From the NCBI GenBank assembly GCA_041658365.1, contig JBBAAJ010000002.1:1-39271 (forward strand): a DNA stretch of 39,271 bases. Direction: 5' to 3'. A program made the position numbers and the translations under genes. This stretch comes from Candidatus Peribacteraceae bacterium (GTDB lineage Bacteria; Patescibacteriota; Gracilibacteria; Peribacterales; Peribacteraceae). Below are positions 15,957 through 24,978 of the stretch, in pieces. The notes beneath the pieces are model-generated. The model made no database searches, had not been told where the DNA came from, and saw only the letters and a program-made list of their open reading frames with translations. The first letter of the stretch is position 1. Each line of letters begins with the position of its first letter.

Positions 15957-18900
15957 ATGAAATCCTCAGACTTCGTCCATCTCCATTGCCACAGTACGTA
16001 CTCTCTCCTCGAGGCGCTCCCGCTGCCCGAGGAGATCGTCCTGCGCGCGAAGGAACTGAAACAAACGGCGGTGGGGCTCGCGGACAAGGGGTATACCTAC
16101 GGCCTCATCGAGTTCTACAAGGCGTGCAAAGATCAGGGACTCAAGCCGGTTCTGGGCCTCGAAACGTACGTGGCCGCGCGCACACGTTTCGACAAGGAAA
16201 GCTCGCAGGATACGCGGCGCTATCCGCTGGTGTTGCTCGCCGAAACCGATGAGGGTTACTTAAACCTTCTGGAACTGGCTACCCACGCGGCGCTGGAAGG
16301 CATGTATTACAAGCCGCGCGTTGATGCGGAGCTCCTGAAACAGTTTGGACGCGGTCTCATCGCGCTCTCCGGTCCGATCAGCGGCGCTATAGCGCAGGCG
16401 GCCCTCGCGGAGGATGCCGAGAGGGTGAAGATGCTCGTGGAGCAGTACCGCTCGTTCTTCGGTCCCGGGAATCTCTACTTCGAACTCATGGACCTGCCGG
16501 CGGTCCCCGGGCAGTCGGAGGTGAATCAGCAGCTCATCCGTCTGGGGAAGGAACTGGATGTTCCTCTGGTCGCCACAGCGAACAGCCACTACTGTCGCCG
16601 GGAAGACGCGGAGGCCCACGACGTACTCCTCTGCATTCAGAAGAACGACACCGTCCAGGACACCGGCCGCTTCACCATGCGCGACAGCGACTTCTCGATG
16701 CGCCCCTTCGAGGAAATGGAGCGCGCGTTCGGACATGTTCCACAGGCACTCGAGAACACGCGGATCATTGCGGATCGATGTAACGTGACTCTGTCGTTCG
16801 GCAAGTATCGGATTCCAAAATTTCCAGTGGAAAAGGGTCAGACCGAGGAATCGCTTCTGAAGGAAAAATGTGAGGAAGGGCTGATGAAGAAATATGCGAA
16901 TGTCTTTGGGGAAAGCGTTCCATCGGACAAAGGTCGTTCCGCGTTGCGGGTTACGCGTTCCGAGTTGGATAACGTTCAACGCGCAACGTTCAACGCGCAA
17001 CAAATTCGTGAGCGCCTGAATTACGAGTTGGAAGTCATCAACAAGATGGGCTTCGCCGGCTACTTCCTCATCGTTGCGGATTTCGTTTCCGAGGCCAAGC
17101 GCCGCGGGATCACCGTGGGGCCCGGCCGCGGGTCCGCCGCGGGATCCATCGTGAGTTACGTTCTCGGCATCACCACGCTCGATCCACTCGAACAGGGTCT
17201 CCTCTTCGAGCGGTTTCTCAACCCCGAGCGCATCTCCATGCCGGACATCGATATCGACTTCGCGGACACGCGGCGTGACGAAGTTCTGGACTACGTCCGG
17301 CAGAAGTACGGCTCTGACCGGGTGATCCAGATCTGTACCTTCGGAACGCTCGCGGCCCGGGCGGCGGTGAAGGACGTTGGCCGCGCGCACGGAGTGTCCT
17401 TCGCGGAGATGAACGCGCTGGCCAAGCTTATCCCGGACCGCCCCGGGACCCAGCTCTTAGACGCCCTCGAGACCGACGAATTGAAACAGGAGTTGCAGAC
17501 GAATGAGACCTACCGCAAGATCGTGGAAGTCGCGCTCAAGCTCGAAGGCAAGGCCCGCCATGTTTCAGTTCACGCCTGCGGGGTCGTCATTACCCCTGAG
17601 CCGGCCATGAAGTACACCGCGCTCCAGCGCGCGCCCAAGGACGAGGAGATCATCATCACCCAGTACGGTGCCAAACCTCTCGCAGCACTCGGACTTCTGA
17701 AGATAGACTTCCTGGGCCTCAAGAACCTCACGATCATCGAGACGGCACTCCTCATCATCGAGCGTCTCCATGGGGAGAGGATTGACATCAGTCAGATCCC
17801 GACGGGCGACAAGAGTACCTTCGATCTCCTCTCCCGCGGTGAGACGACGGGCGTCTTCCAGCTGGAGTCGGCGGGGATGCGCAGGTACTTAAAGCAACTT
17901 AAACCGACGACGATTGATGACATCACCGCCATGGTGTCCCTCTATCGCCCCGGGCCGATGGAAAAAATCCCGGACTACATCCAATGCAAACAAGGCGAGA
18001 AGGAAGTCACGTACCTGCACAAGGATCTTGAACCGATTCTCAAGCCGACCTTCGGAGTAGTCATCTATCAGGAACAGGTTTTCGAAATGGCCAGATTGTT
18101 GGCGGGTTTCACGCTCGGTGAAGCCGATCTGCTGCGCCAGGCAATCGGCAAAAAAATTAAAAAAGAGCTGGATGCACTCCGGGAAAAATTTATCCGCGGA
18201 ATGGTGGCGCACAAATACCAAAAGACGCTTGCTGAAAGGATTTTCGAAGATGTTGTCATGCCGTTCGCAAATTATGGTTTTAACAAATCACACGGCGCCT
18301 GCTACGCGCGCATCGCCTACGAGACGGCGTACCTGAAGGCGCACTACCCGACCGAGTTCATGGCGGCGCTCCTGAGTTCCGAAGAGGGCGATACCGACCG
18401 CATTTCCATCGAGATCGAGGAGGCGCGCGCCATGGGGATCGATGTGCTCCCGCCGGACATCGGCGAGTCGCTCGCGCACTTCACTGCCCTTCCCGACGGG
18501 AAGATCCGCTTCGGCCTGCTCGGCATCAAAGGGGTCGGGGAGAGTTCCATCCGGCAGATCATCGCGATTCGCGACGGTGCGGACGGCAAAGAACGTCGCC
18601 CATTTGCCACCATCGAGGACTTCGCGGCACGCATCTCCAGCAAGATTCTCAACAAGAAACTCCTCGAATCGCTCGCGAAATCCGGTGCCTTAGACTCGCT
18701 GGGAGAACGCGGAAAATTCGTGAACCAGTACGCTATGATCGCGGAGCATAGCAAATCTGTCGGCGACGTCGGCACCTCGCAGACAGATATGTTTGCCGCC
18801 CTCGGTCAGGGGGTGGCAGCGGCAGCCATTGCGTTCGATACCGGCGAAAGCGCGACTGCGGCGCAGAAGCTCCTGTGGGAGAAGGAGACGCTCGGACTCT

Positions 18901-19799
18901 ACGTCTCCAGCCACCCGCTTGCCGGACTCCGGAAGTACATGAGCAAGAAAGCCCGTCTGATCGATGGCCTTTCGGCGGACGACGCCGGGCACAAGATTAC
19001 GATTGCGGGGATTCTCGAGCAGGTGAAGATGCTGCATACGAAGAAGGGCGAGACCATGGCGATTCTCACCATCGAGGATCCGACGGGCAGGATGGAAGCG
19101 ACGCTCTTCCCGCGCATGTACGCGCAGCACAAAGACCTTCTCGAAAAGCCCGATTCGGTTCTGGTGATGGCGGGAGTCATGGATATGCGGATGGGGCAGC
19201 CGCAACTTCGCGTGGATGCGCTGAAGCGCGTTTCCCTCGAGACCATGGTTGCCCACGCCAAAGCGGAGGGGATGTTCTCCGAGGACGAGACGCGACATTG
19301 GCGCGGAAGATCCGTACGCAAACAGGAGTTCGAGGAGAGCGGCGAACTGGTGAGCGAGGAGGGCGAGGTCATGACCAAGCGCATTCAGCGGAAGGCGGGC
19401 GCGCCGGAAAGAAGCAGCGGCATCTACGACGGGCCGCTCGCGCAATGGATCATCCAGGGAATGCGCAGAGAAGCACCTCTCGAGGCGTTGGGATTCCATC
19501 AGGACATGCAAGAGAAGAATCAAGAAGGGAAGGGAGAGGGCGAGGAGGAAACCGACTCCTCCTCCCCGATCAGCGTCGTGCAAACGAGCGGAGGCCTTTC
19601 CATTCATACGGTCGTTCTTCCTGCGAGAGCCCCGAGACACCTCCTTCTCGAGATCAAGACGATTTTCGAAACGTTCCCCGGCAGAGAGAAAGTGCAGCTC
19701 AAGATCGGCGACCAGCTCGTCCCCGTTCCTCTCACGATCGCGATGTCGCTCATTCTCGAGAAGAGGATCGAAGAAGCGGTAAAGAAGTACGTTGGATAA
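15957..19799 (+). CDS. dnaE: DNA polymerase III alpha subunit
   Basis: PHP domain FVHLHCHSTYSLLEA, palm/fingers motifs (GPGRGSAAGSIVSY, FERFLNPERISMPDIDIDF, GLLKIDFLGL) and a C-terminal OB fold. The start was chosen at MKSSDFVHLH; the GTG at 15861 would run through the hairpin. Confidence 0.95.
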   Translation: MKSSDFVHLHCHSTYSLLEALPLPEEIVLRAKELKQTAVGLADKGYTYGLIEFYKACKDQGLKPVLGLETYVAARTRFDKESSQDTRRYPLVLLAETDEGYLNLLELATHAALEGMYYKPRVDAELLKQFGRGLIALSGPISGAIAQAALAEDAERVKMLVEQYRSFFGPGNLYFELMDLPAVPGQSEVNQQLIRLGKELDVPLVATANSHYCRREDAEAHDVLLCIQKNDTVQDTGRFTMRDSDFSMRPFEEMERAFGHVPQALENTRIIADRCNVTLSFGKYRIPKFPVEKGQTEESLLKEKCEEGLMKKYANVFGESVPSDKGRSALRVTRSELDNVQRATFNAQQIRERLNYELEVINKMGFAGYFLIVADFVSEAKRRGITVGPGRGSAAGSIVSYVLGITTLDPLEQGLLFERFLNPERISMPDIDIDFADTRRDEVLDYVRQKYGSDRVIQICTFGTLAARAAVKDVGRAHGVSFAEMNALAKLIPDRPGTQLLDALETDELKQELQTNETYRKIVEVALKLEGKARHVSVHACGVVITPEPAMKYTALQRAPKDEEIIITQYGAKPLAALGLLKIDFLGLKNLTIIETALLIIERLHGERIDISQIPTGDKSTFDLLSRGETTGVFQLESAGMRRYLKQLKPTTIDDITAMVSLYRPGPMEKIPDYIQCKQGEKEVTYLHKDLEPILKPTFGVVIYQEQVFEMARLLAGFTLGEADLLRQAIGKKIKKELDALREKFIRGMVAHKYQKTLAERIFEDVVMPFANYGFNKSHGACYARIAYETAYLKAHYPTEFMAALLSSEEGDTDRISIEIEEARAMGIDVLPPDIGESLAHFTALPDGKIRFGLLGIKGVGESSIRQIIAIRDGADGKERRPFATIEDFAARISSKILNKKLLESLAKSGALDSLGERGKFVNQYAMIAEHSKSVGDVGTSQTDMFAALGQGVAAAAIAFDTGESATAAQKLLWEKETLGLYVSSHPLAGLRKYMSKKARLIDGLSADDAGHKITIAGILEQVKMLHTKKGETMAILTIEDPTGRMEATLFPRMYAQHKDLLEKPDSVLVMAGVMDMRMGQPQLRVDALKRVSLETMVAHAKAEGMFSEDETRHWRGRSVRKQEFEESGELVSEEGEVMTKRIQRKAGAPERSSGIYDGPLAQWIIQGMRREAPLEALGFHQDMQEKNQEGKGEGEEETDSSSPISVVQTSGGLSIHTVVLPARAPRHLLLEIKTIFETFPGREKVQLKIGDQLVPVPLTIAMSLILEKRIEEAVKKYVG

Positions 19800-19828
19800 A
19801 AAAGCTTTAAGCTTATGTCTTAAGACTT

Positions 19829-20422
19829 ATGATTGTTTCAGAACAGATGCTGGCTCAGGCGCTCCAAATACTTGCATCAGGTGGCATCGTCGCTCATGCC
19901 ACCGAGACCTGTTACGGCTTCGCCTGCGATTTAACGAATCCGGAAGCCGTCAAACATCTTTTCGCTTTAAAGAAGCGGCCTCTTGACTCGCCAGTCAGCG
20001 CGTTATTTTCATCGCTTGATGAAGCGAAGAAGTTCGTCGAGTGGAATGACGAAGCGGAAAAACTGGCGCGCAAATATCTCCCCGGCCCGCTCACATTGAT
20101 TCTCCCGCAGCGGGAAAAATCGCCCGTTCTTTGGATAGTCCCAAGTCCCAAGTCCCAAGTCCCAAGTCCCAAGTCCCTCGGCGTCCGCATTTCCTCCCAC
20201 CCGCTCGCCCAAAATCTGGTAGCAGCCTTCGGAAAACCCTTAAGCACGACTTCGGCAAACCTTCATGGAATGGCAAACGCTTACAGTGCCGAAGAAATCG
20301 TTGAGCAGTTTTCAAAGCAAAAATTAAAACCGGATCTTATATTGGATTCCGGGAAAATTCCGAATGTGCCGCCATCGAAAGTCATTGATTTAACGAACAA
20401 AGGGAAGATTTTGAGGCAATGA
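19829..20422 (+). CDS. tsaC: L-threonylcarbamoyladenylate synthase (YrdC/TsaC-type, single domain)
   Basis: YrdC-fold motifs GGIVAHATETCYGFACD, KKRP, LPGPLTLIL, GVRISSHPLA and STSANLHG. Length is 197 aa. Confidence 0.8.
   Translation: MIVSEQMLAQALQILASGGIVAHATETCYGFACDLTNPEAVKHLFALKKRPLDSPVSALFSSLDEAKKFVEWNDEAEKLARKYLPGPLTLILPQREKSPVLWIVPSPKSQVPSPKSLGVRISSHPLAQNLVAAFGKPLSTTSANLHGMANAYSAEEIVEQFSKQKLKPDLILDSGKIPNVPPSKVIDLTNKGKILRQ
20137..20178 (+). repeat. heptanucleotide microsatellite (AGTCCCA x5 plus AGTCCCT) inside tsaC
   Basis: A direct read of ggat-agtccca-agtccca-agtccca-agtccca-agtccca-agtccct-cg. It is translated as VPSPKSQVPSPKSL. Confidence 0.95.
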
Positions 20423-20449
20423 AATGAAAAGGGAATGCTTCTTGCATCC

Positions 20450-20515
20450 GCAGGTAGATACCTGCTCCCGTTTTTCTTGGTTTTCTTTCATCCAAGGGAG
20501 CGGGTGTCTACCCGC
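20450..20515. promoter_or_regulatory. two related 16-bp palindromes upstream of nrdR (candidate operator sites)
   Basis: gcaggta-ga-tacctgc (20450-20465) and gcgggtg-tc-tacccgc (20500-20515). A third copy, gcgggta-tc-tacccgc, lies at 29091-29106 with the shared flanks gag...gt. Confidence 0.3.
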
Positions 20516-20539
20516 GTGTCTCAGAGCTATACTTCCTCC

Positions 20540-20986
20540 ATGCGTTGTCCCCGCTGCAAGCATGAAGATACGGCCGTGATTGATTCCCGCCTCACCGAGG
20601 AGGGTCGGGCGATCCGCCGTCGCCGTGAATGCGGCAAGTGTGACCACCGTTTCACGACGTTCGAGAGGCAGGAGCTCTCGTCGTTGATCGTGGTCAAGCG
20701 CGACGGCACGCGCGAGCCCTATAGTCGCAGCAAGCTCGAGCGCGGCATCTGGCTCTCGTGCACCAAGCGTCCGGTGACACAGAAAGACATCGATCGGATT
20801 CTTTCGGATTTGGAGGAGAAGTGGGGGCGCAACAAGAGTGAGGTTGAAAGTTTGACCATCGGCCGGGACGTGATGATGGCCCTGGCAAAGCTCGATAAAG
20901 TCGCCTACATCCGCTTCGCTTCGGTTCATCGGGAATTTAAAGATGTTGAGGAATTTAAAGAGGAATTAGGAAGACTGTTTAAGTAG
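20540..20986 (+). CDS. nrdR: transcriptional repressor NrdR
   Basis: It starts MRCPRCKHEDTAVIDSRLTEEGRAIRRRRECGKCDHRFTTFE (zinc ribbon) and continues with an ATP-cone. The extension to 20435 was rejected. Confidence 0.9.
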   Translation: MRCPRCKHEDTAVIDSRLTEEGRAIRRRRECGKCDHRFTTFERQELSSLIVVKRDGTREPYSRSKLERGIWLSCTKRPVTQKDIDRILSDLEEKWGRNKSEVESLTIGRDVMMALAKLDKVAYIRFASVHREFKDVEEFKEELGRLFK

Positions 20987-20987
20987 C

Positions 20988-21039
20988 TGGTAGTTAGTAA
21001 TTGGGGGGAAATTCCCTAGCTACCAGCTACTAACTACCA
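20988..21039. repeat. hairpin with tandem-repeat arms between nrdR and aspS
   Basis: tggtagttagta (20988-20999) pairs perfectly with tactaactacca (21028-21039). The 28-nt loop contains gggaa-a-ttccc. The element begins just after the nrdR stop codon. No U-tract follows. Confidence 0.65.
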
Positions 21040-21065
21040 TCTGCTTGTTCCGCTACTCTGTCCCC

Positions 21066-22832
21066 ATGCTTCGCTCCCACACCTGCGGTGAACTCACGGC
21101 AAAGCACGCGGGGAAAGAAGTGGTGCTCTGCGGCTGGGTCAATACCCGGCGCGACCATGGTGGCTTGATTTTCATCGATCTGCGCGATCGCTACGGCCTG
21201 ACGCAGATCGTATTCCATCCCGAAGAGAACAGGGAACTTTTTACGTTGGCCGAAACCGTCCGGCCGGAATGGGTGCTCTGCATCAGCGGGAAGGTGAGCA
21301 AGCGAAGCCGCGAAACCATCAATCCGAAGATGGCGACCGGCGAGATCGAAGTCGAGGCCGTAGCAATGACAGTATTGAACAAAGCCAAAACGCCGCCGTT
21401 CGAGATCGACTCCGATAAGCCGGTCAATGAGGAATTGCGCCTCCAGTATCGTTACCTGGACATGCGGAGGGCTCAGATGCAGCGGAATATCACTCTGAGG
21501 TCCAGGGTTTTTCAGATCATCCGCAAGTATTTCGTCGAGCAGGGCTGTCTGGAGATCGACACCCCCTGTTTGATCAAAGGCACGCCGGAAGGCGCCCGCG
21601 AATACGTGGTACCGTCCCGGATGTATCCCGGCAATTTCTTCGTGCTCCCCCAGAGTCCGCAGCAACTCAAGCAGCTCACGATGGTCGGTGGTCTCGATCG
21701 CTACTTCCAGATCGCCCGTTGTTTCCGGGATGAGGATTTGCGTGGCGACCGCCAGCCGGAGTTTCTGCAGCTCGATTTCGAGATGAGCTTCGCGACTCAG
21801 GAGGATGTCCGGCAGATCATCGAAGGGTCGCTTCTCGCGATCCTGAAGGAGTGCAGCCCGAAGAAATTGAAAGGGGGCAAGGTCGGGCATTTGAGCTGGC
21901 AGGAAGTCATGGACAAGTACGGATCCGACAAACCCGATCTCCGGTTCGACCTTCCTATCACCGATGTCTCGGATCTCTGCCGCGGTTGCGGCTTCAAGGT
22001 TTTCGAGGACGCATTGGCGGCAAAGGGAACGGTCAGGGCGCTTCGTATTCCCGGTGGAGCCGTGCTGGCGCGAAGCGAGATTGACGCTTGGACTTCCATT
22101 GTCCGCGAGCTGAAGGCCAAAGGTTTGGCGTACATCCTGTTCAAGGATGACGGACCGCAATCGCCGCTTCTCAAGTTCTTCGCTCCGGGCTTCCTCGAGA
22201 AGTTGACTGCCACGACCGGAGCGAAGAAGGGTGATGCGCTGTTCTTCGGAGCCGACAAATTCAAGATTGCCTGTGCAAGTCTCGGCCGCGTCCGCGCCGA
22301 GGCCGCGAAGCGATTCAATCTCATCGACACGTCCGTACATTCGCTTTTCTGGGTCACGAATTTCCCGATGTTCGAGGAGGCGGATGATGGCGCGCTCACC
22401 TTTAGCCATCACCCGTTCACATCGCCGAACCTGGATGAATGGGGCAAGCGGCACAGCGATCCTCTTTCGGTGCATTCCGTCTGTTACGATCTGGTGCTGG
22501 ACGGCTACGAGCTCGGGTCCGGATCTATCAGGATTCACGATTCCAAGCTTCAGTCGGAGGTGTTCGACATGCTCGGAATTTCCCGGGAAGATGCTGACCG
22601 GCGTTTCGGTCACATGCTTCGGGCGTTCGAGTATGGTGCGCCGCCGCATGGCGGTTTCGCCTACGGGATAGATCGTGTGGTCATGATCCTCGCGGGCGAG
22701 CCGAACATCCGCGAGGTCACGCCGTTCCCGAAGGATCAGAAGGCCAAGGATCTCCTGCTCGGTGCGCCATCGCCGATTCCGCCCGAGCAGCTCAAGGAAT
22801 TGCGGCTGAAATTCCTGGAAGATCGGAAGTAG
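21066..22832 (+). CDS. aspS: aspartyl-tRNA synthetase (bacterial type)
   Basis: N-terminal MLRSHTCGEL. Class II motifs FFVLPQSPQQLKQL, FRDEDLRGDRQPEF, GSGSIRIH and GGFAYGIDR. Length is 588 aa, with the bacterial insertion domain. Confidence 0.93.
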   Translation: MLRSHTCGELTAKHAGKEVVLCGWVNTRRDHGGLIFIDLRDRYGLTQIVFHPEENRELFTLAETVRPEWVLCISGKVSKRSRETINPKMATGEIEVEAVAMTVLNKAKTPPFEIDSDKPVNEELRLQYRYLDMRRAQMQRNITLRSRVFQIIRKYFVEQGCLEIDTPCLIKGTPEGAREYVVPSRMYPGNFFVLPQSPQQLKQLTMVGGLDRYFQIARCFRDEDLRGDRQPEFLQLDFEMSFATQEDVRQIIEGSLLAILKECSPKKLKGGKVGHLSWQEVMDKYGSDKPDLRFDLPITDVSDLCRGCGFKVFEDALAAKGTVRALRIPGGAVLARSEIDAWTSIVRELKAKGLAYILFKDDGPQSPLLKFFAPGFLEKLTATTGAKKGDALFFGADKFKIACASLGRVRAEAAKRFNLIDTSVHSLFWVTNFPMFEEADDGALTFSHHPFTSPNLDEWGKRHSDPLSVHSVCYDLVLDGYELGSGSIRIHDSKLQSEVFDMLGISREDADRRFGHMLRAFEYGAPPHGGFAYGIDRVVMILAGEPNIREVTPFPKDQKAKDLLLGAPSPIPPEQLKELRLKFLEDRK

Positions 22833-22899
22833 TATCTTTTGTGCATCGGGGCACTTACATAGATGCTGACCCTCAACAAATGGCTCTGGGACTGGAGAC

Positions 22900-24801
22900 T
22901 TAACCGGACACGAGTGACATAGGAACTATATGCACACCAGTGGGTTTCTTATCTTTGTCGGGTATCAAAAATGGTTCATTGGAAGTCGCGAGATGCTCAA
23001 GCAATTTTTTCGCCTGAGTCCCATTGAGCGATGCTTGCTTTTCCTGACTAAAATCTTTGGAAAAATATCCAATACCGATGCGTTTTGTTCCCTTGATAAC
23101 CAATTCAAGATTTCCTCGATCCCACACTGCCTTGAGAATGTTGAGTGTTGCACCCTTGGCATTACCACTCATGCCCTCTAAACGCCATCTCCTGCCATTC
23201 ACAACAATTGTCGCCGGGGGATTCACTGCAACTTCGTACTTCGTTTCTGCCAGATTAATTGCCTGCTTTCCGGCAAGTAGATCGCTTGAATCCTGCTTTT
23301 CCTGTTCCATAGGTTTTGCTCTTGCCTGAAGAGAATCCGCCCGAGAAGCACTAGACTCTGGCTTACCTATTGATCTCAAAGAATTGCTTGTGAACTTGCC
23401 AGCGTATTGCTCGCCATATGCTGTGACGCCATCAAGAATGCCCCATTCGATCTCATTCGAAGATCGTGCGTGTGTGCTCATTGCCATATCATCGAGAAGT
23501 TGCTTTCGTACCTCCTGTGTCAATGGAGCATTCGCGTCGTTAATAAGCACGTTTGTCTCAGCGAGTCTTTCGGTGGCTTCCTCATTCAGGTTTGCAGACC
23601 CGACGAATGTCAATTGTTCATCCACATGAATGAGCTTTGCATGGAGCATCCTTGGGAAGAGATAAACCTTCGCCCTGTTATCTGTTTTCTGCAGAATTTC
23701 ACGAATGATTCTTCTATTAAGCGCATCTTGTATGTTTGCCTGTCTTGGAACAATGATGGTGACATCCACACCGCGATTTGCAGCTTCGATGATCGCATTA
23801 GTGATGTCTGAGTCTCCGAAATACGCCATTTCGATAATGATTTCTTTATGAGCATTGCTGAGCAACTGTTGAACCATCGGCTTTATTTCCTTCTTTTCCA
23901 CCAACGTGCTTGGCAGATTGAGAGAGAATTCGATAGATGAGCCTTTATCGAAATCATCCTGCCCCGATAATCGTTCCCTGAATTTACGCACGAGAAGCGG
24001 GCTGTTCGCTTCCACCATGTAGTCGTGCCACTCCTTCTGATATTCATCGCCTATATTCATGCCGCCAGTGATGAGTCGGGTATTGTCGAAGATATAGTAT
24101 TTGGAGTGATCATTGCGCACAGCATTGTGTCGGATAGTGATGTTGGGGTGCTCCAATAGTTTCTGAACAAGCGGATTTATTTTTTGCTCAGCATCAACTG
24201 CCTCTCCGGCTCGGTTGTAGGCAGCATCCACAAAACGTGCTTTCTGGATTTCTTCAGGCAGCAACTCTTTGTGAAAGAAACTCTGTTTTCCCTGTTCAGC
24301 ATGTTCAAAGATAGCACCCAATCGGTCTTTCTCAATCGTCACCTTCACCCCTCGGTCTGCCGCAGCCAGTACCTCCGCCGCTATGCGATTGCCAATCTGA
24401 TCATCACGCCAGATGAAAATGTTGATGAAGATTGACTGTTGAGCAGAGCGGATGCCATCCATAATCCTTGCAAAGGCTGCCTGGCCACCAATGAGCAAGT
24501 CCACTGAATCAACAAATTCGCCTGAGTTTGCATCGAGCTCCTTAAAAAAAGGGTGTTCAGGCAGTAGAATTCTTATACGTGCGAGCACTTCGTCTTGAAA
24601 GAACGAGCGCACTTTCCCATCAAGCCTTTTTGTCTCGTCGCTTACCTCGTTAAGCATCTTTGTGACTTGTTCCGTTTCTTCTGCAGTCAATTCTTTCTTG
24701 CCTTCAAGTATGTGGGCAATTGCTTCGATCTTGTCGAATACGTTCTCATGATCTTGAGAAGCCTGCGATGGGCGTTCAACAGTTTCAGGCATATTCATCA
24801 A
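22900..24801 (-). CDS. phospholipase D superfamily protein with two HKD motifs and a ~170-aa C-terminal extension
   Basis: HKD motifs HSKYYIFDNTRLITGGMNIGDEY and HAKLIHVDEQLTFVGSANLNEEA. The core resembles cardiolipin synthase/PLD (IFINIFIWRDDQIG). There is no signal peptide. The gene is AT-richer than its flanks. Confidence 0.75.
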   Translation of the reverse strand: MMNMPETVERPSQASQDHENVFDKIEAIAHILEGKKELTAEETEQVTKMLNEVSDETKRLDGKVRSFFQDEVLARIRILLPEHPFFKELDANSGEFVDSVDLLIGGQAAFARIMDGIRSAQQSIFINIFIWRDDQIGNRIAAEVLAAADRGVKVTIEKDRLGAIFEHAEQGKQSFFHKELLPEEIQKARFVDAAYNRAGEAVDAEQKINPLVQKLLEHPNITIRHNAVRNDHSKYYIFDNTRLITGGMNIGDEYQKEWHDYMVEANSPLLVRKFRERLSGQDDFDKGSSIEFSLNLPSTLVEKKEIKPMVQQLLSNAHKEIIIEMAYFGDSDITNAIIEAANRGVDVTIIVPRQANIQDALNRRIIREILQKTDNRAKVYLFPRMLHAKLIHVDEQLTFVGSANLNEEATERLAETNVLINDANAPLTQEVRKQLLDDMAMSTHARSSNEIEWGILDGVTAYGEQYAGKFTSNSLRSIGKPESSASRADSLQARAKPMEQEKQDSSDLLAGKQAINLAETKYEVAVNPPATIVVNGRRWRLEGMSGNAKGATLNILKAVWDRGNLELVIKGTKRIGIGYFSKDFSQEKQASLNGTQAKKLLEHLATSNEPFLIPDKDKKPTGVHIVPMSLVSG

Positions 24802-24967
24802 GTTGTTGTTCTATGTTTTCCAGTGTTTGTTGCCTTTCTTTTTGCTCACCGATTTGGTTGCACTTCTGCGCGAACCGCTTGAAATCTGCATACTGTTCTT
24901 CCAAGCGCACATGAGTCTCTCTTTTTGCGCTAAGAAGGAATGACAGTGCTTTTTGGATGAGTGTCAT
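24785..24967 (-). CDS. hypothetical small helical protein (60 aa), overlaps the PLD gene start
   Basis: The ORF ends 17 nt inside the PLD ORF, suggesting coupling. It shares the AT-richer composition. GAGG lies 5 nt upstream of its ATG. Confidence 0.4.
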   Translation of the reverse strand: MTLIQKALSFLLSAKRETHVRLEEQYADFKRFAQKCNQIGEQKERQQTLENIEQQLDEYA

Positions 24968-24978
24968 AAAATCCTCTC

